Assembly (NCBI GenBank): GCA_951406725.2
Contig: OX597826.1
Coordinates: 64,046,001 to 64,110,000 of the forward strand
Direction: 5' to 3'
DNA length: 64,000 nt
Source: Octopus vulgaris
Lineage: Eukaryota
The translations under genes and the position numbers were made by a program. Positions 1 through 12,720 of this stretch are shown one piece after another. Every line of letters starts with the position of its first letter. Within the stretch, counting starts at the first letter, position 1. The notes below the pieces were generated by a model. The model had not been told where the DNA came from. It did no database searches and saw only the letters and a list, made by a program, of their open reading frames with translations.

Positions 1-91
1 TATATATGAGCATGTCTAGATATGCAACTATATGCATGAGAATACATACATAAAGCAAAACATGCAAATCTGCACATATACATAGATACAT

Positions 92-580
<489 letters not shown>

Positions 581-1045
581 GTACATACATACAGATGTGA
601 TATACAAGATTTATAATTTATGAGTAACATCAATACACCACAAACAATTCTGAATAGTTTGGTGTCAGGGAAGGAGGGCCAGGGTAAAGGTGACACTATC
701 AGTTACCACACTGGGTGACATCATTTCTAGTACGGCTACTGCAAGTGTGTATATTTTGTGTGTCTGTGTTGATTTATACACATATTTATTCAAAAATTTC
801 CATTGTATCTAAATTATATAAGCGTACATATATGCAGAGTGGTTGGTGTTAGGAGAGGCATTCAGCCATAAAAAAAAATGTGCCAAAACAGACACAAGGA
901 AGCCTGGTGCAGTCCAACCCAAACTGCCCAACCCATACCAGCATGGAGGGTGGATGTTAAATGATGATGATGATATATATACACACTCATATATATTATA
1001 TACATACATACACACACAAAAATTTCTCTCTTTCTCTCTCTGCAC

Positions 1046-1077
<32 letters not shown>

Positions 1078-1158
1078 CATCATCACCGTCATCATGATCA
1101 TCATCATCTAATGTCCATTTTCTACGTTGGCGTATACTAAACTATGATGATATATATA

Positions 1159-1199
<41 letters not shown>

Positions 1200-1207
1200 G
1201 TATTTAT

Positions 1208-1532
1208 ATCATCATCATCATCATCATCGTTTAACATCCGCTTTCCATGCTAGCATGGGTTGGACGATTTGACTGAGGTCTGGTGAACCAGATGGTTGCA
1301 CCCAGCTCCTATCTGATCTGGCAGAGTTTCTACAGCTGGATGCTCTTCCTAATGCCAACCACTCTAAGAGTGTAGTGGGTGTTTTTACATGTCACTGGCA
1401 CGAGGGCCACTCAGGCGGTACTGGCAACAGCCACACTCAAATGGTGCTTTTTATGTTCCACCTGCACAGGAGCCAGTCCATAGGCACTGGCAATGACCTT
1501 GCTCGAATGTTTTTTCACGTGCCACCAGCACA
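1208..1532 (-). mobile_element. Family-C retroposon 3' part with (GAT)n tail and internal ~62-bp repeats
   Basis: catcatcgtttaac.tccgctttccatgctagcatgggttggacg...ctacagctggatg; further copies near 8010, 18540, 26520, 31640, 36600. Confidence 0.8.
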
Positions 1533-1590
1533 ATGTTAGGGTGTGGTTTAAATGTAATTTGGAAGTTATTTCTAAATAATAATAATAATG

Positions 1591-1641
<51 letters not shown>

Positions 1642-1642
1642 G

Positions 1643-1673
<31 letters not shown>

Positions 1674-2241
1674 AAATTTGGCAGTGATTTAAATAAGATT
1701 TGGTGTAAAATGTATAGACGCTCTTTCACCTCATGCCACTTGTTATATCTATATTTGTTCTTCCATCATAGTTTTTTTTTGCTGAATGCTAAAAATGCCA
1801 GAATGTATCTGTGGGAAAATGTATGTCAATACGTACAAAAAAAATACATCATTACTTCATATCTCATGCCTGCTTACTAAAACAGGAAAAAAAAAAAAGA
1901 AAACTGACAGAATTGTCCTCTTAATGGAGAATTGATAAAGAAATAATGCCGGCTATAAATATCTTTTTGTCTTATCACTCATATTCATCCTGAAGATAAT
2001 AACTTTCTCCATGTTGTGGCTGTGATTGTTGTGTTTAAAAAGTTTTGCTCTAAAACCAACATTAGCCATCAGCAGTTGTTGTCAGTTTCAAATAAGGAAA
2101 TAGAAATGTTTAAAATATTCATTTATTTTGCTTGTAGCAATTATTTTTCAAAGTCAAATATGCTTTCACTAAGCTAAAGAAACTGCATATAATGTATACT
2201 ATATTTACTTGTATAGAAATCACACCACTAATTTAGTGTTT

Positions 2242-2628
2242 CGGAGGTGCAATGGCCCAGTGGTTAGGGCAGCGGACTCGTGGTCATAAGATCGCGGTTT
2301 CGATTCCCAGACCGGGCGTTGTGAGTGTTTATTGAGCGAAAACACCTAAAGCTCCACGAGGCTCCGGCAGGGGATGGTGGTGATCCCTGCTGTACTCTTT
2401 CACCACAACTTTCTCTCACTCTTACTTCCTGTTTCTGTTGTACCTGTATTTCAAAGGGCCGGCCTTGTCACTCTGTGTCACGCTGAATATCCCCGAGAAC
2501 TACGTTAAGGGTACACGTGTCTGTGGAGTGCTCAGCCACTTACACGTTAATTTCACGAGCAGGCTGTTCCGTTGATTCGGATCAACCGGAACCCTCGTCG
2601 TCGTAACCGACGGAGTGAAAGAGAGAAG
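2242..2628 (+). mobile_element. Full-length tRNA-derived SINE with 12-bp target-site duplication
   Basis: A box TGGCCCAGTGG, B-box-like GGTTTCGATTCC; TSD aatttagtgttt at 2230-2241 and 2629-2640; CpG-rich, so probably young. Confidence 0.88.
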
Positions 2629-3646
2629 AATTTAGTGTTTATTTAGTGATATTCAAACTTGATATCAGCTTTGTTCTTTGTATAATTCACACCTCAGTTT
2701 TTCCAATTAAACTTTAGTATATAACACTTTCTACTATAGGCACAAGTAATAACTTTTTCTTCTTTTTTTTACATTCTGATTTCTAACTCCACCTAGGTCA
2801 GTTTTGCCTTTCATTTTACCAGAACTGATAAAATGTGTACCATTTGGGAATCGAGGTTGATTTTAATCAACTAAACCTGACCCCAAATTTTAAGGTCTTC
2901 TGCCCATATTAGAAATCAATGCTTATTATAATATTAAGCACTATAAACATAACATAGCATCAAACAATATTACTGACTCAAGCATTTTATTTGTTCTTGT
3001 CCTTTTACTGTTACTATGTAATCGACTTAATCCCTTTGTCTGTCCTTGTTTGTCCCCTCTGTGTGTAGCCCCTTCTGGGCAGTAAAGAAATAAGTATTCT
3101 GACTTCAAATGTTGCCTTTTGTCCTTTCAGGGTTGATAAAATGAGTACCATTTGAGCACTGGGGTCTATATGATGGACAAGGCTTCTCCCCCAACTCTGC
3201 AGTCCTTATGCCAATAGTAGAAAAAAATTAGTATTATTATTGTTGGTTCTGTGCCAAAATTTGAAAGCATTATTTGTTTTTGTTACAAATCTGTGTACGT
3301 GTGCAAACCTGTCTATATTTATCTGTATTGAACCAATGTCTTTTGTACCTTTAATGTAGGCTCTTGTGGCCAAGAAACAAATGATTATCATTGTTGTTGT
3401 TGTTGTTGTTGTTATTGTTATTATTAAGATAACGAGGTGACAGAATTGTTAGCAGGCCAGACAGAATGCTTTGTAGCATTTTATTCCAGCTGTTTATGTT
3501 CTGAGTTTAAATACTGCTGAAATTGACTGACTTTGCTTTTCATTCTTTTGGGGTCAATAAAATAAGTACCAGTTGAGCCCTAGGGTCAAAGCAATCAACT
3601 AGCTCCCACCCACAAAATTTCTAGCCTTGTGCTTATAATAGAAAGA

Positions 3647-3707
3647 ATTATTGTTATTATTATTATTATTATTATTATTGTTATTGTTATTGTTATTATT
3701 ATTATTA

Positions 3708-3739
<32 letters not shown>

Positions 3740-3833
3740 GTTATTATTATTATTATTAATATTGTTATTATTATTATTATTGTTGTTGTTGTTGCTATTG
3801 TTGTTGTTGTTGTTGTTATTATTATTATTATTA
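3647..3833. repeat. (TTA/TTG)n microsatellite
   Basis: Seen directly. Confidence 0.95.
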
Positions 3834-4198
3834 TGAAGGTGGCAAGCAAGCAAAATCATTATAGATAATGATGATGATGACGACGACAACGACAATGATG
3901 ACGACGACGACGACGATGATGATGATGATGGTTGTCAACTCTAATGTTGCAAACTGGAAGAATTGTTGGACCACCAGAAAATATATCTTGCAGTATTTGT
4001 TTCAGTTCTTTGCATTTTGTGTTTAGTTCTTGTTGAGGTTAACTTTGCCTTTCATACTAACAGTGGTTAATAAAATATAAGTATCAGTCAAATACTGGGA
4101 TTCATGATATCGATTAACCTCCTCCCCTTAAAATTACTGGTATTGTGCCTAAATCAAAAACCATTACTATTGTTAATAACTTTTCTTTTTTCCTTGTC

Positions 4199-4608
4199 CA
4201 GGCGCAGGATTGGTTGTGTGGTAAGTAGCTTGTTTACCAACCACATGGTTCCGGGTTCAGTTCCACTGCGTGGCACCTTGGGCAAGTGTCTTCTACTATA
4301 GCCTCGGGCCGACCAAAGCTTTGTGAGTGGATTTGGTAGACGGATGAAAGAAGCCTGTCGTATATATGTATATATATATATATATGTGTATGTGTGTGTG
4401 TTTGTGTGTCTGTTGTCCTCCTAGCATTGCTTGACAACCGATGCTGGTGTGTTTATGTCCCTGTCACTTAGCGGTTCAGCAAAAGAGACCGATAGAATAA
4501 GTACTGGGCTTACAAAGAATAAGTCCCGCGGTCGAGTTGCTCGATTAAAAGGCGGTGCTCCAGCATGGCCGCAGTCAAATGACTGAAACAAGTAAAAGAG
4601 TAAAGAGT
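4199..4608 (+). mobile_element. SINE family A copy
   Basis: Full-length match to 92-580. Confidence 0.9.
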
Positions 4609-6324
4609 CCATTGATTTCTTATACTTTCAATCAGAATTCCTTGTTCAATTAATCCATCAACCAATATTTATGTATCTCAACACAAATTTTGTAAACAGC
4701 ATTTAATTTCTTAGCATTCTATAACCGCATGCATTCACCAACGAGTTAAATTAATCCTGAAAGGTTTTTCCTGCCTACCAAAATCTTTAGTCGCTTGTAA
4801 AATTCCATGCCTTTCAAGCAAGACAAATTAGCTCCATTAAAAATATTAGAACTTTCCCATCTTTTTAAGCAAACACTCATTGTGAGGCAATTGTATTTAT
4901 ATGAGTTTAATGCACCGTCTGCCACAACAATGCACTTGGTGCACAGGAAACATAGGTGCATTAACAATTTGTCAAGAACATTGTTACATGCATTAGCACC
5001 CAGTAACTGCATTGTCAATATAGTTTCGAGGTATTCTTTTTCTTCTTCTTCTTCCTGCCCCAGTTTAGCTTTCAATTGTCTTTTGGTTGGTTGTTTTTCT
5101 TTTGTTTTAATTCCAGTTTGAAACCCAAGTCCCTTTGTCCACGAGACATTGCAATGACAATAACAATATACAAATTACTGTTCTTTCAGCTTGTATTTCG
5201 TTACACTAATCAGATGTAAATATCAAGTGAAATTTGATATGTAACATGGATCAGGGTATGTTACATATAGTTTAATATTATTGATTGTATATCTTTCTTT
5301 GTTGTATAACTTATGTATGTAGTTTATATATCACAATTATCATCATTATTTCTATCATTATCATCACCATAACATTGTCCTTGTTGCTGTCATCGTCATC
5401 ATCATCATCATCATCATCTCAATGTCTACTTTTCTATGCTTGTTACACAGGCAACATGATATAAGAGATGGGTAGAGTGATGAAGAGCGATGATAAGAAT
5501 ATATATAATATCTGCATTTGGGACTGAAACCCAAGCTGGCAGTGTTGTTAGCATGCTGAACAAAATGCTTAGTGGCATTTCATCCATCTTTACATTCTGA
5601 GTTCAAATTCTGCCAAGATCAACTTTGCCTGCCAATAAAATAAGCACCAGTCAAGTACTAGGACCAATGTGATCGACTTCTCCTCTCCTCAGAAACTGCT
5701 GGTTCTGTGCCAAAATTTGAAACCATTATTATGAACTCCAATGAATACTTTGTTACCTTGCAGAGCTAATTTCAAACTCTTTTGGTCACATAGAAATGGC
5801 AATATGAAATAGAGGTGATTTGTGTATTCATTCTTAGACAAAAAACATACCCCACTTTCCATGCTGCTGGTGTCTTAATCCAAGGGTGGCGAGATGGCAG
5901 AATAGTTAGCACACTGGATGAAATGCTTAGCGTTATTTCGTCTGTCTTACGTTCTGAGTTCAAATTCCGCCGAGGTCGACTTTGCCTTTCATCGTTTTGG
6001 GGTCGATAAATTAAGTGGAAAAAATTGAAACTAATATTAACAAGTGCAGGAGTGGCCGTGTGATAAGAAGTTTGTTTACCAACCACATGGTTCCGGGTTC
6101 AGTCCCACCGCCACTCCCCATCGCTTGATAACTGATGTTTAAAAAGGTGGCGAGCTGGCAGAATAGTTAGCTGTTGCCTTAATCTATTTTGACATTGGAT
6201 TTTCATATCTTGGCTCTAATTATAGGCTGCTGCATATGACAGTTGAAGTGCAATGTTACACTCAATGTTAAACTCAACACACACAATTGTCTTCCACCAG
6301 GTGGCTCTCTTTTACTACAAGGCC

Positions 6325-6740
6325 CAGCCCTTGTTGCAGTGTGGTGCCTTGTGTACCTCAACGACCCTGAGAGATATGGCAGGGGAGGGCAAGCTCCTGA
6401 CAGGGCCTCCCATGAAAGACAGGTTCAAACTACCATAGACCACCTCTTCTCAGAGGTAAAAATGGGTTTGTGTAGGGACAACATCCCTATCAAGAAAAAA
6501 AAAAACAAAGTTACAGAAGTTCAAAACCAACAAGACTCAGGAGAGGAAGGCCTTCTTTCAGGGAAACATGTGACACAATGCAACAAAATCTAAAAGGAAA
6601 ATAACTAGAGGTGAGTTACGGAGGCTGGAGCTGAAAAGGCAGGTATCCAACTGGAGAGATGCAGAAAAGACAGCCCAAGTGAAAAACAGTGGTGAAAGGT
6701 CATCAATGGTCTTTGCTCTGTTGGTAAAGAAGGGCTTAAG
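6325..6740 (+). mobile_element. Non-autonomous bipartite RTE derivative (5'UTR fused to 3' end)
   Basis: RTE-like 5'UTR (gccttgtgtacctcaacgaccctgagagatatg) then a 3' end ending ...aatggtctttgctct...gaagggcttaag; homologous copy at 40620-41165. Confidence 0.6.
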
Positions 6741-7488
6741 GAACTAATTATGTGGCTCTCTTAACTCAGCCACAAGATTCTGCAAACTTTATGAGACTTA
6801 TTTTACATTTTCTATTTCTTATCTGCACTTATATGTGCTTCCTGAAAGAATTATCTTGTTCTTCTGCAGATGTTTTTTTTTTCACTGATATTTTTGCATT
6901 TTAATGCTTAATCTGTGTTGTATTATGATTGAAATATATAATAATGCCACCAAGTTCACCACAGATTGGGATATCAGATAATATGTGTTATCCTTAAGCT
7001 AGAAATGTAATTTCAGTGTTGACTCATATTTCAGGGATACAAAGCTAAATCTTCAGCATTCAACCATCAATGAAGTGTTCCATTTTTGTACCATTTCATG
7101 TGATTATGGTAAATGTCATAAATCATGATGAAGCTAATATGTAAAATATGTTTCTTTTTAATACCAAGAATGGCTAAGTACATTTTCATATGCTTAGTTT
7201 TGTTGTTACTCTTCTTAATGTAAGTAGAAATTTCAGAGACAAGGTATTTTGGTGTGATCCCTTTGGCATTACTTACTTGTAAACATATTATGTAATAGTT
7301 CAGGGGAACTTTTCAGTAATGTACATGAATGTTAGGCATGTATGTAAGGATGTATACATACATTTATGTGTATATATTGCTATACATGGAGATGGTCATA
7401 TTTTTTTTTTTGCCAATTACATACATGCACTTTTTAATTTAATCTTCATTTTAGTTTTTATCTATATTATTTTTAGTTTATACATCTG

Positions 7489-7529
7489 TCAAAGATCTTT
7501 CATCAAACATTCTGTGACCTCATCAGTGA
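7489..7529 (-). ncRNA. Minimal hammerhead core inside a 47-bp inverted repeat (7442-7593)
   Basis: UCA-CUGAUGA-G-GUCA...UGAU-GAAA-GAUC-UU|UGA; palindromic stem III AGAUCU; CUU triplet. Confidence 0.7.
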
Positions 7530-9356
7530 TTCTCTGTCCCACACATCAGGTGTATAAACTAAAAATAATATGAATAAAAACTAAAGAGAAGATCGAATTA
7601 ATAGTGTGTGTGTTTAATTGGCAAACAAAAATGACCATCTCCAAGTATAACAATATCTGTTTCAATACACTGTTTCACAACAATAATCTTGCTAAACAAA
7701 TACATAAATGTATGTATGTATGTATGTATGTATGTTTGTATGTATGCATGCATACATACCTACATACATACATACATACATACATATGTGTGTGTATATG
7801 TTTGTGTCTCTGTTTGTTCCCCCCAACATCACTTGACAACTGATGGTGGTATGTTTACCTCCTCATAACTTAGTGGTTCGGCAAAAGAGACTGATAGAAT
7901 AAGTACTAGGCTTCCAAAGAATAAGACCTGGGGTCGATTTGCTCGACTAAAGGCGGTGCTCCAGCATGGCCACAGTCAAATGACTGAACCAAGTAAAAGA
8001 GTAAAAGAGAAAGTACTCAGCACACTCTGTAAAGTGGTAGATGTTAGGAAGGGCATCCGACTGTAGAAACCAAGCCAAGTCATACTGGAACCTGGTGTGA
8101 CTCTCCAGCTTGCCAGGGCTGGTCAAACCATCCAGCTCATGCCAGTATGGAAAATGGAAGTTAAACAACGATGATGATGGGTTTCTTTCAGTTTTTGTCT
8201 ATGAAATCCATCCCCAAAGCTTTGGTCATCCCAGAGCTATAGTTGAAGGAACTCACCCAAGGTGCCACTGAATGAGACTGAACCCAACACCACATGGTCA
8301 GGAAGCAAATTTCTTAACCACACAGCCATGTCCGCACCTAGTCACATATAATTAGCGTAAAATTGCATAATGTTTGAATATTAATTAAATACTCGTTTCC
8401 TTGCTTAAAGTTGTTCATGCATAATAATGTAATATATTTAGTCGTTTATAACTTTCACATTTATAAGTAATTATTATAATTAGGTAAGATGATGAATGAC
8501 AGAACTAGTGAAGTGCCAAATTTGATATTTCATCATATCCTTTTATTCAGACATAGTATATCTAAGATTATGATAACCAATATTTCCCCATTTTTTAAAG
8601 ACACTATATTTTATCATTTATTTGTGGTGGTGGTGGAGGTTGTGGTGATGATGGTGATGATGATGATGCTGGTAGTGGTGGTGATGGTGATGATGATGAG
8701 GAAGAGGATGGTGGTGGTGGTGATATCCACATAAAAATTTTCTCTTATGAGAACATCCCAGACAGACATTTTGTTATCTGATAATTCAATTGCATCATTA
8801 AAAGGTACAAACATTTTCATTTGCTCAATATGAATAACATTAAGTGTGAAACCCATGATAATTGAATAATAGTATTTGACTGTGTTTGTATGAGATAAAA
8901 TTTATACTACATGCTTTATAAGCTTGTTTTTGAATTATCTTTTTCAAGACAATAAACCGTTGTTTCTTGAACATTTTATTCTGCACAAGCATTTATTGAT
9001 GATAGAATTAAAAAGGTTTAGATATTCTACAGCTTGTGAAAAAAAAAAATTCTAAAAATATCTCTTCATTCAACAATGGGAAGTCACTAAATAAAGATAA
9101 TACATAGGAGAGAGAGAAGGATTACTCTAAGTAGATGCAGCTGAGGATGTGACTGTTAGAGAGAAAGAGGGTCACTCCAACACTTGACTAGTTCTCATGT
9201 TCAACTGAGATTCAGCATAAATTTTTGATTTATTAAAATTATTTCCAACTCAAGAGGATGTTGTGTCTTAATTACCAACTGGCAATTGGGATGAGTCGCA
9301 GATAAGAAAAATGATAATCTCAAGAATCAGGCTTGTTGTCTAGAGATAAGAGGACA

Positions 9357-9396
9357 CTCATGGACATTCTGCCTCAGCAGCTATCATCAGCATAAG
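9357..9396 (-). ncRNA. Probable fossil hammerhead
   Basis: Stem I CUUAUG/CAUGAG; CUGAUGA; UGC-ugag-GCA hairpin; GAAUGUC lacks A15.1. Confidence 0.4.
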
Positions 9397-9815
9397 AATT
9401 GTCCTTCCGTGTCTTCAGTGGCCAAAGGACTTATAGATATACAAAGAAAGTAGGACATATTTGTTGAGAGTATATGGCCTAGTGGTTAGGGTGATGTACT
9501 CACAATCACAAGACCATGGTTTCAGTTCCTGGACTGGGTGGTGCATTGAGTTCTTGAGCAAAATACTTCTTCCTATGTTGCTCTGTGATCACTTTGACAT
9601 CTGATGTGAAGTACGTCATGCACATGTTTTGGTAATGTCAATTCGATGGAGGGAGTGAGCTGAGATACAGTACATACATTTAATCACTATAAACAAATTA
9701 TTTGTGCAGACTGTCTCTTTTCAGCCTATGAGATGCTATTAACACAGACACATTTATAGTCTAAGTAATTTGCATAATTAAAAAAAAATGAACTAAGGCG
9801 CAGGAGTGGCTGTGT

Positions 9816-10199
9816 GGTAAGTAGCTTGTTTACCAACCACATGGTTCCGGGTTCAGTCCCACTGCGCGGCACCTTAGGCAAGTGTCTTCTACTATAGCCT
9901 CGGGCCGACCAAAGCCTTGTGAGTGGATTTGGTAGACGGAAACTGAAAGAAGCCTGTCATATATATGTATATATATATATATGCGTTTGTGTGTCTGTGT
10001 TTGTCCCCCTAGCATTGCTTGACAACCGATGCTGGTGTGTTTATGTCCCGGTTGCTTAGTGGTTCGGCAAAAGAGACCGATAGAATAAGTACTGGGCTTA
10101 AAAAAGAATAAGTCCCGGGTCGAGTTGCTCGATTAAAGGCGGTGCTCCAGCATGGCCACAGTTAAATGACTGAAACATGTAAAAGAGTAAGAGTAAGAG
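9816..10199 (+). mobile_element. SINE family A copy
   Basis: Full-length match. Confidence 0.9.
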
Positions 10200-10643
10200 A
10201 AATAGCTCAGAGTAGTCAATGGCATGTAGATGAACAATTTAGACAACCACAGATATATCAAATACCAAATAACAAATTCTTGATTTATTAAAACTATCTC
10301 TGCTTCTAGAGGAACCTCAAATGTATGAAACTGGAGTGAATAGAGTTCTAGGTAACAATGACCAGATATCTTGAATCTAAAGTCACAAGAATCTAAATAA
10401 AAGGGAAACAAAGATGTTTTGTTTAGTGGCAACAGCAAGCTCCAATTTGGTCATTTCTGAAATATTTAAAACAATATCATGACAAAAGTGATGGTCCAGC
10501 ATGCCCACAGGCTGAAATAAGAAAAAAAAATAGAAGCAAAACAGTTGCTTTATACCTTTAACAGCCCATCTACCTCAATGTACCACAAAGGACACTGCAA
10601 AACTGATTTTTTATCATATATTACCCTTTCCATATAAAGCTTT

Positions 10644-11090
10644 GGAGCTTTACCTTTTGACCGACAGATTTAAAAAATAATTTTTCGTTTGTCACTGTTA
10701 CTTATGACATCGTTTGTGCATTTGTACTGATTTTAGCTTTAAGGTTTTAGGGTTAGGGTTAGGGTTAGGGTTTTAGGGTTAGGGTTAAGGTTTTAGGGTT
10801 AGGGTTAGGGTTGTCATAAATAACAGTGACTAACGAAATATACACCGCTGGAAGTTCTTGTTGATAACAACAGCAGTAATTTTATTCAGTGGAATACACG
10901 TCATTGATTGGTTGAAATTACTGAAATAGGACAACTTTAATATGAAATAACTTCGTAAATATAAGTTTTTCTCAAAAATGCTAAGAGTAAAAAATGTTTT
11001 ATATGACACATTCTACCAGTGTCCGAAGTTTGAAAGTGTTTAATTACAAAAAATTATTTTTTAAATTTGTCAGTCAAAAGGTAAAGATCC
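10644..11090. mobile_element. MITE with 42-bp TIRs, 8-bp TSD and internal (TTAGGG)n tract
   Basis: TIR gga(g/t)ctttaccttttgac...aaaaataattttt with 3 mismatches; flanks aaagcttt / aaagcttg; telomeric repeats 10741-10812. Confidence 0.85.
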
Positions 11091-11160
11091 AAAGCTTGTT
11101 TTAGAAAAAGGTAGTCCTTCAAAAGTTTTTTCATAAATATACATGCTATTTTTGGCTAAT

Positions 11161-11470
11161 CATCATCATCATCATCGTTTAACGTCCGCTTTCCATGCTA
11201 GCATGGGTTGGACGGTTCAACTGGGGTCTGGGAAGCCCGAAGGCTGCACCAGGCCAGTCAGATGTGGCAGTGTTTCTACAGCTGGATGCCCTTCCTAACG
11301 CCAACCACTCCGAGAGTGTAGTGGGTGATTTTATGTGCCACCGACACAGGTGCCAGACGAGGCTGGCAGACGGCCACGCTCGGATGGTGTTTTTTATGTG
11401 CCACCGACACAGGTGCCAGATGAGGCTGGCAGACGGCCACGCTCGGATGGTGTTTTCTTATGTGTCACGT
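11161..11470 (-). mobile_element. Family-C retroposon copy
   Basis: Same tail; two internal tandem units of about 63 bp (11330-11465). Confidence 0.85.
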
Positions 11471-11943
11471 AAAAATTAATTAAAAAAAGTAATGAATTAA
11501 TGAAAAAGCAATTCAAAAATTCTCATAAATGAATCAGTGTGAAAGTAAAGTTTGAAAATGAGTAAAAATTATGGAGAAATGCCAATAATCCTCCCTGTAT
11601 ATAAGTTGTGACATAGGAATTAGAAAAGAAAGGAAAATACATACAGCCCCCATCACCCCTCTCTCTCTCTCTCTCTCTTCACACATTGAAAGTGTTTTTT
11701 TTCATAAGGCATTTGTGCATTAGTTAAAGAGAAACTAGCCTCAAAGTCTTGCACTTTTGTTGTAAAACTAGAATAAGAAGCATAACAGAAAAGTTTTTCC
11801 AGATTTCTGAAAAGCTGAGCTACAATCTCAAACTAACTGAGACAACTATGCTAAACTGGGAAATCCCTGACAAACCAGAATGTATAGCAACCCTCTATAT
11901 GTGTGTGTGCATTTACATGCAGTTAAATATATGTCCAGTCACA

Positions 11944-12003
11944 GAGTGACCAATAGTTTCTCATCTATAAAGTGCTTAGCCTAAAAGATGGCTCATCAGA
12001 CTT
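11944..12003 (-). ncRNA. Inverted partner hammerhead, stem I shortened by a deletion
   Basis: CUGAUGA-GC-CAUCU...AGAUG-A-GAAA-CUAUUG-GUC; homologous to 12187-12259 but lacking a segment of about 28 nt that holds the 5' strand of stem I. Confidence 0.6.
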
Positions 12004-12186
12004 CAAACTGGAGAAAGAAAACCCTTACGGTCAGTAATTTGTAAACAAAAGAGTAATATATGATGCAAGCTTTGCATAGCAGAGTGGGCAAGGATCCTTA
12101 AAGACTTGTTGGACCTGAAATGTCTCTTAAATTACTGACCATAACAGTTTTCTACCTCCAGTTTGAAGAAAGGTTATGTGCCCTCT

Positions 12187-12259
12187 GCCATTAGATTCTG
12201 ATGAGTTGTCTATAAAGCTAAGCACTTTATGGATGTGAAACCATTGGTCACTCTATGGC
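12187..12259 (+). ncRNA. Type I hammerhead with long stem II, GUC site after 12249
   Basis: Stem I GCCAUUAGAUU/ACUCUAUGGC; CUGAUGA; stem II UGUCUAUAAAG/CUUUAUGGAUG; GAAA; stem III ACC-AUU-GGU; GUC. Confidence 0.78.
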
Positions 12260-12282
12260 CAGACATATATTTAACTTAAAGT

Positions 12283-12720
12283 GTGGACATACAGAAAAAA
12301 TCTCATTCCTGCAATTCACATAGTTGTTGGAAGCTCTCAAATTCTTTAAGAGATAGAATTTTTCAAGAGAACATATTTGAACATCTTTTGGATCCATTTG
12401 GGCCTGGTTTTAGAAAGGATTTTTCCATTTGATGCCATGGTTGCTCCCTTTGTCTTTAAGCTTCTAGATTAAAGCCAAAAGGATAGCAGACTATCTCTTA
12501 TCACAGTGCATAAAATTCAAAAGATAGTGGTTATATCTGGATTTAAATTTTCCATTCATGTCTCCAGTAAAACGTTCGATTTCTGTTTGACCATTGCCAT
12601 AGTTTGCTGACACGTGTGCTTCATAAATACCGGAGGATATATCACGGTTCTGTCCTAGAAGACATTTAGATTTGTCTCTGCATGTGCATTCAGAGAAGGC
12701 TTGAGTCGTCTGTTGCTTAT
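12283..12720 (-). mobile_element. Penelope-like retroelement fragment (decayed GIY-YIG endonuclease C-terminus)
   Basis: Translates CTCRDKSKC..GIYEAHV..FTG..GKFKSRYNH..KLKDKG..IKWKIL..GSKRC..EKFYL..NCRNEIFSVCPH with stops and frameshifts, matching the PLE endonuclease pattern. Confidence 0.8.

Noticed and set aside
2243-2315. tRNA gene
   Set aside because: tRNA-like head continues into a SINE body bounded by TSDs; no complete cloverleaf.
3595-3895. Poly-N/I/L ORFs
   Set aside because: Trinucleotide microsatellite artefacts.
7012-7060. CUGAAGA...GAAA...GUC on the minus strand
   Set aside because: Stems I and II cannot form convincingly; likely chance.
7034-7108. Plus-strand exon candidate (tttcag|...G|gtaaat)
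   Set aside because: One frame is open, but there is no recognisable protein and no partner exons.
10741-10812. True telomere or chromosome-fusion scar
   Set aside because: Short, single orientation and inside a TIR element.
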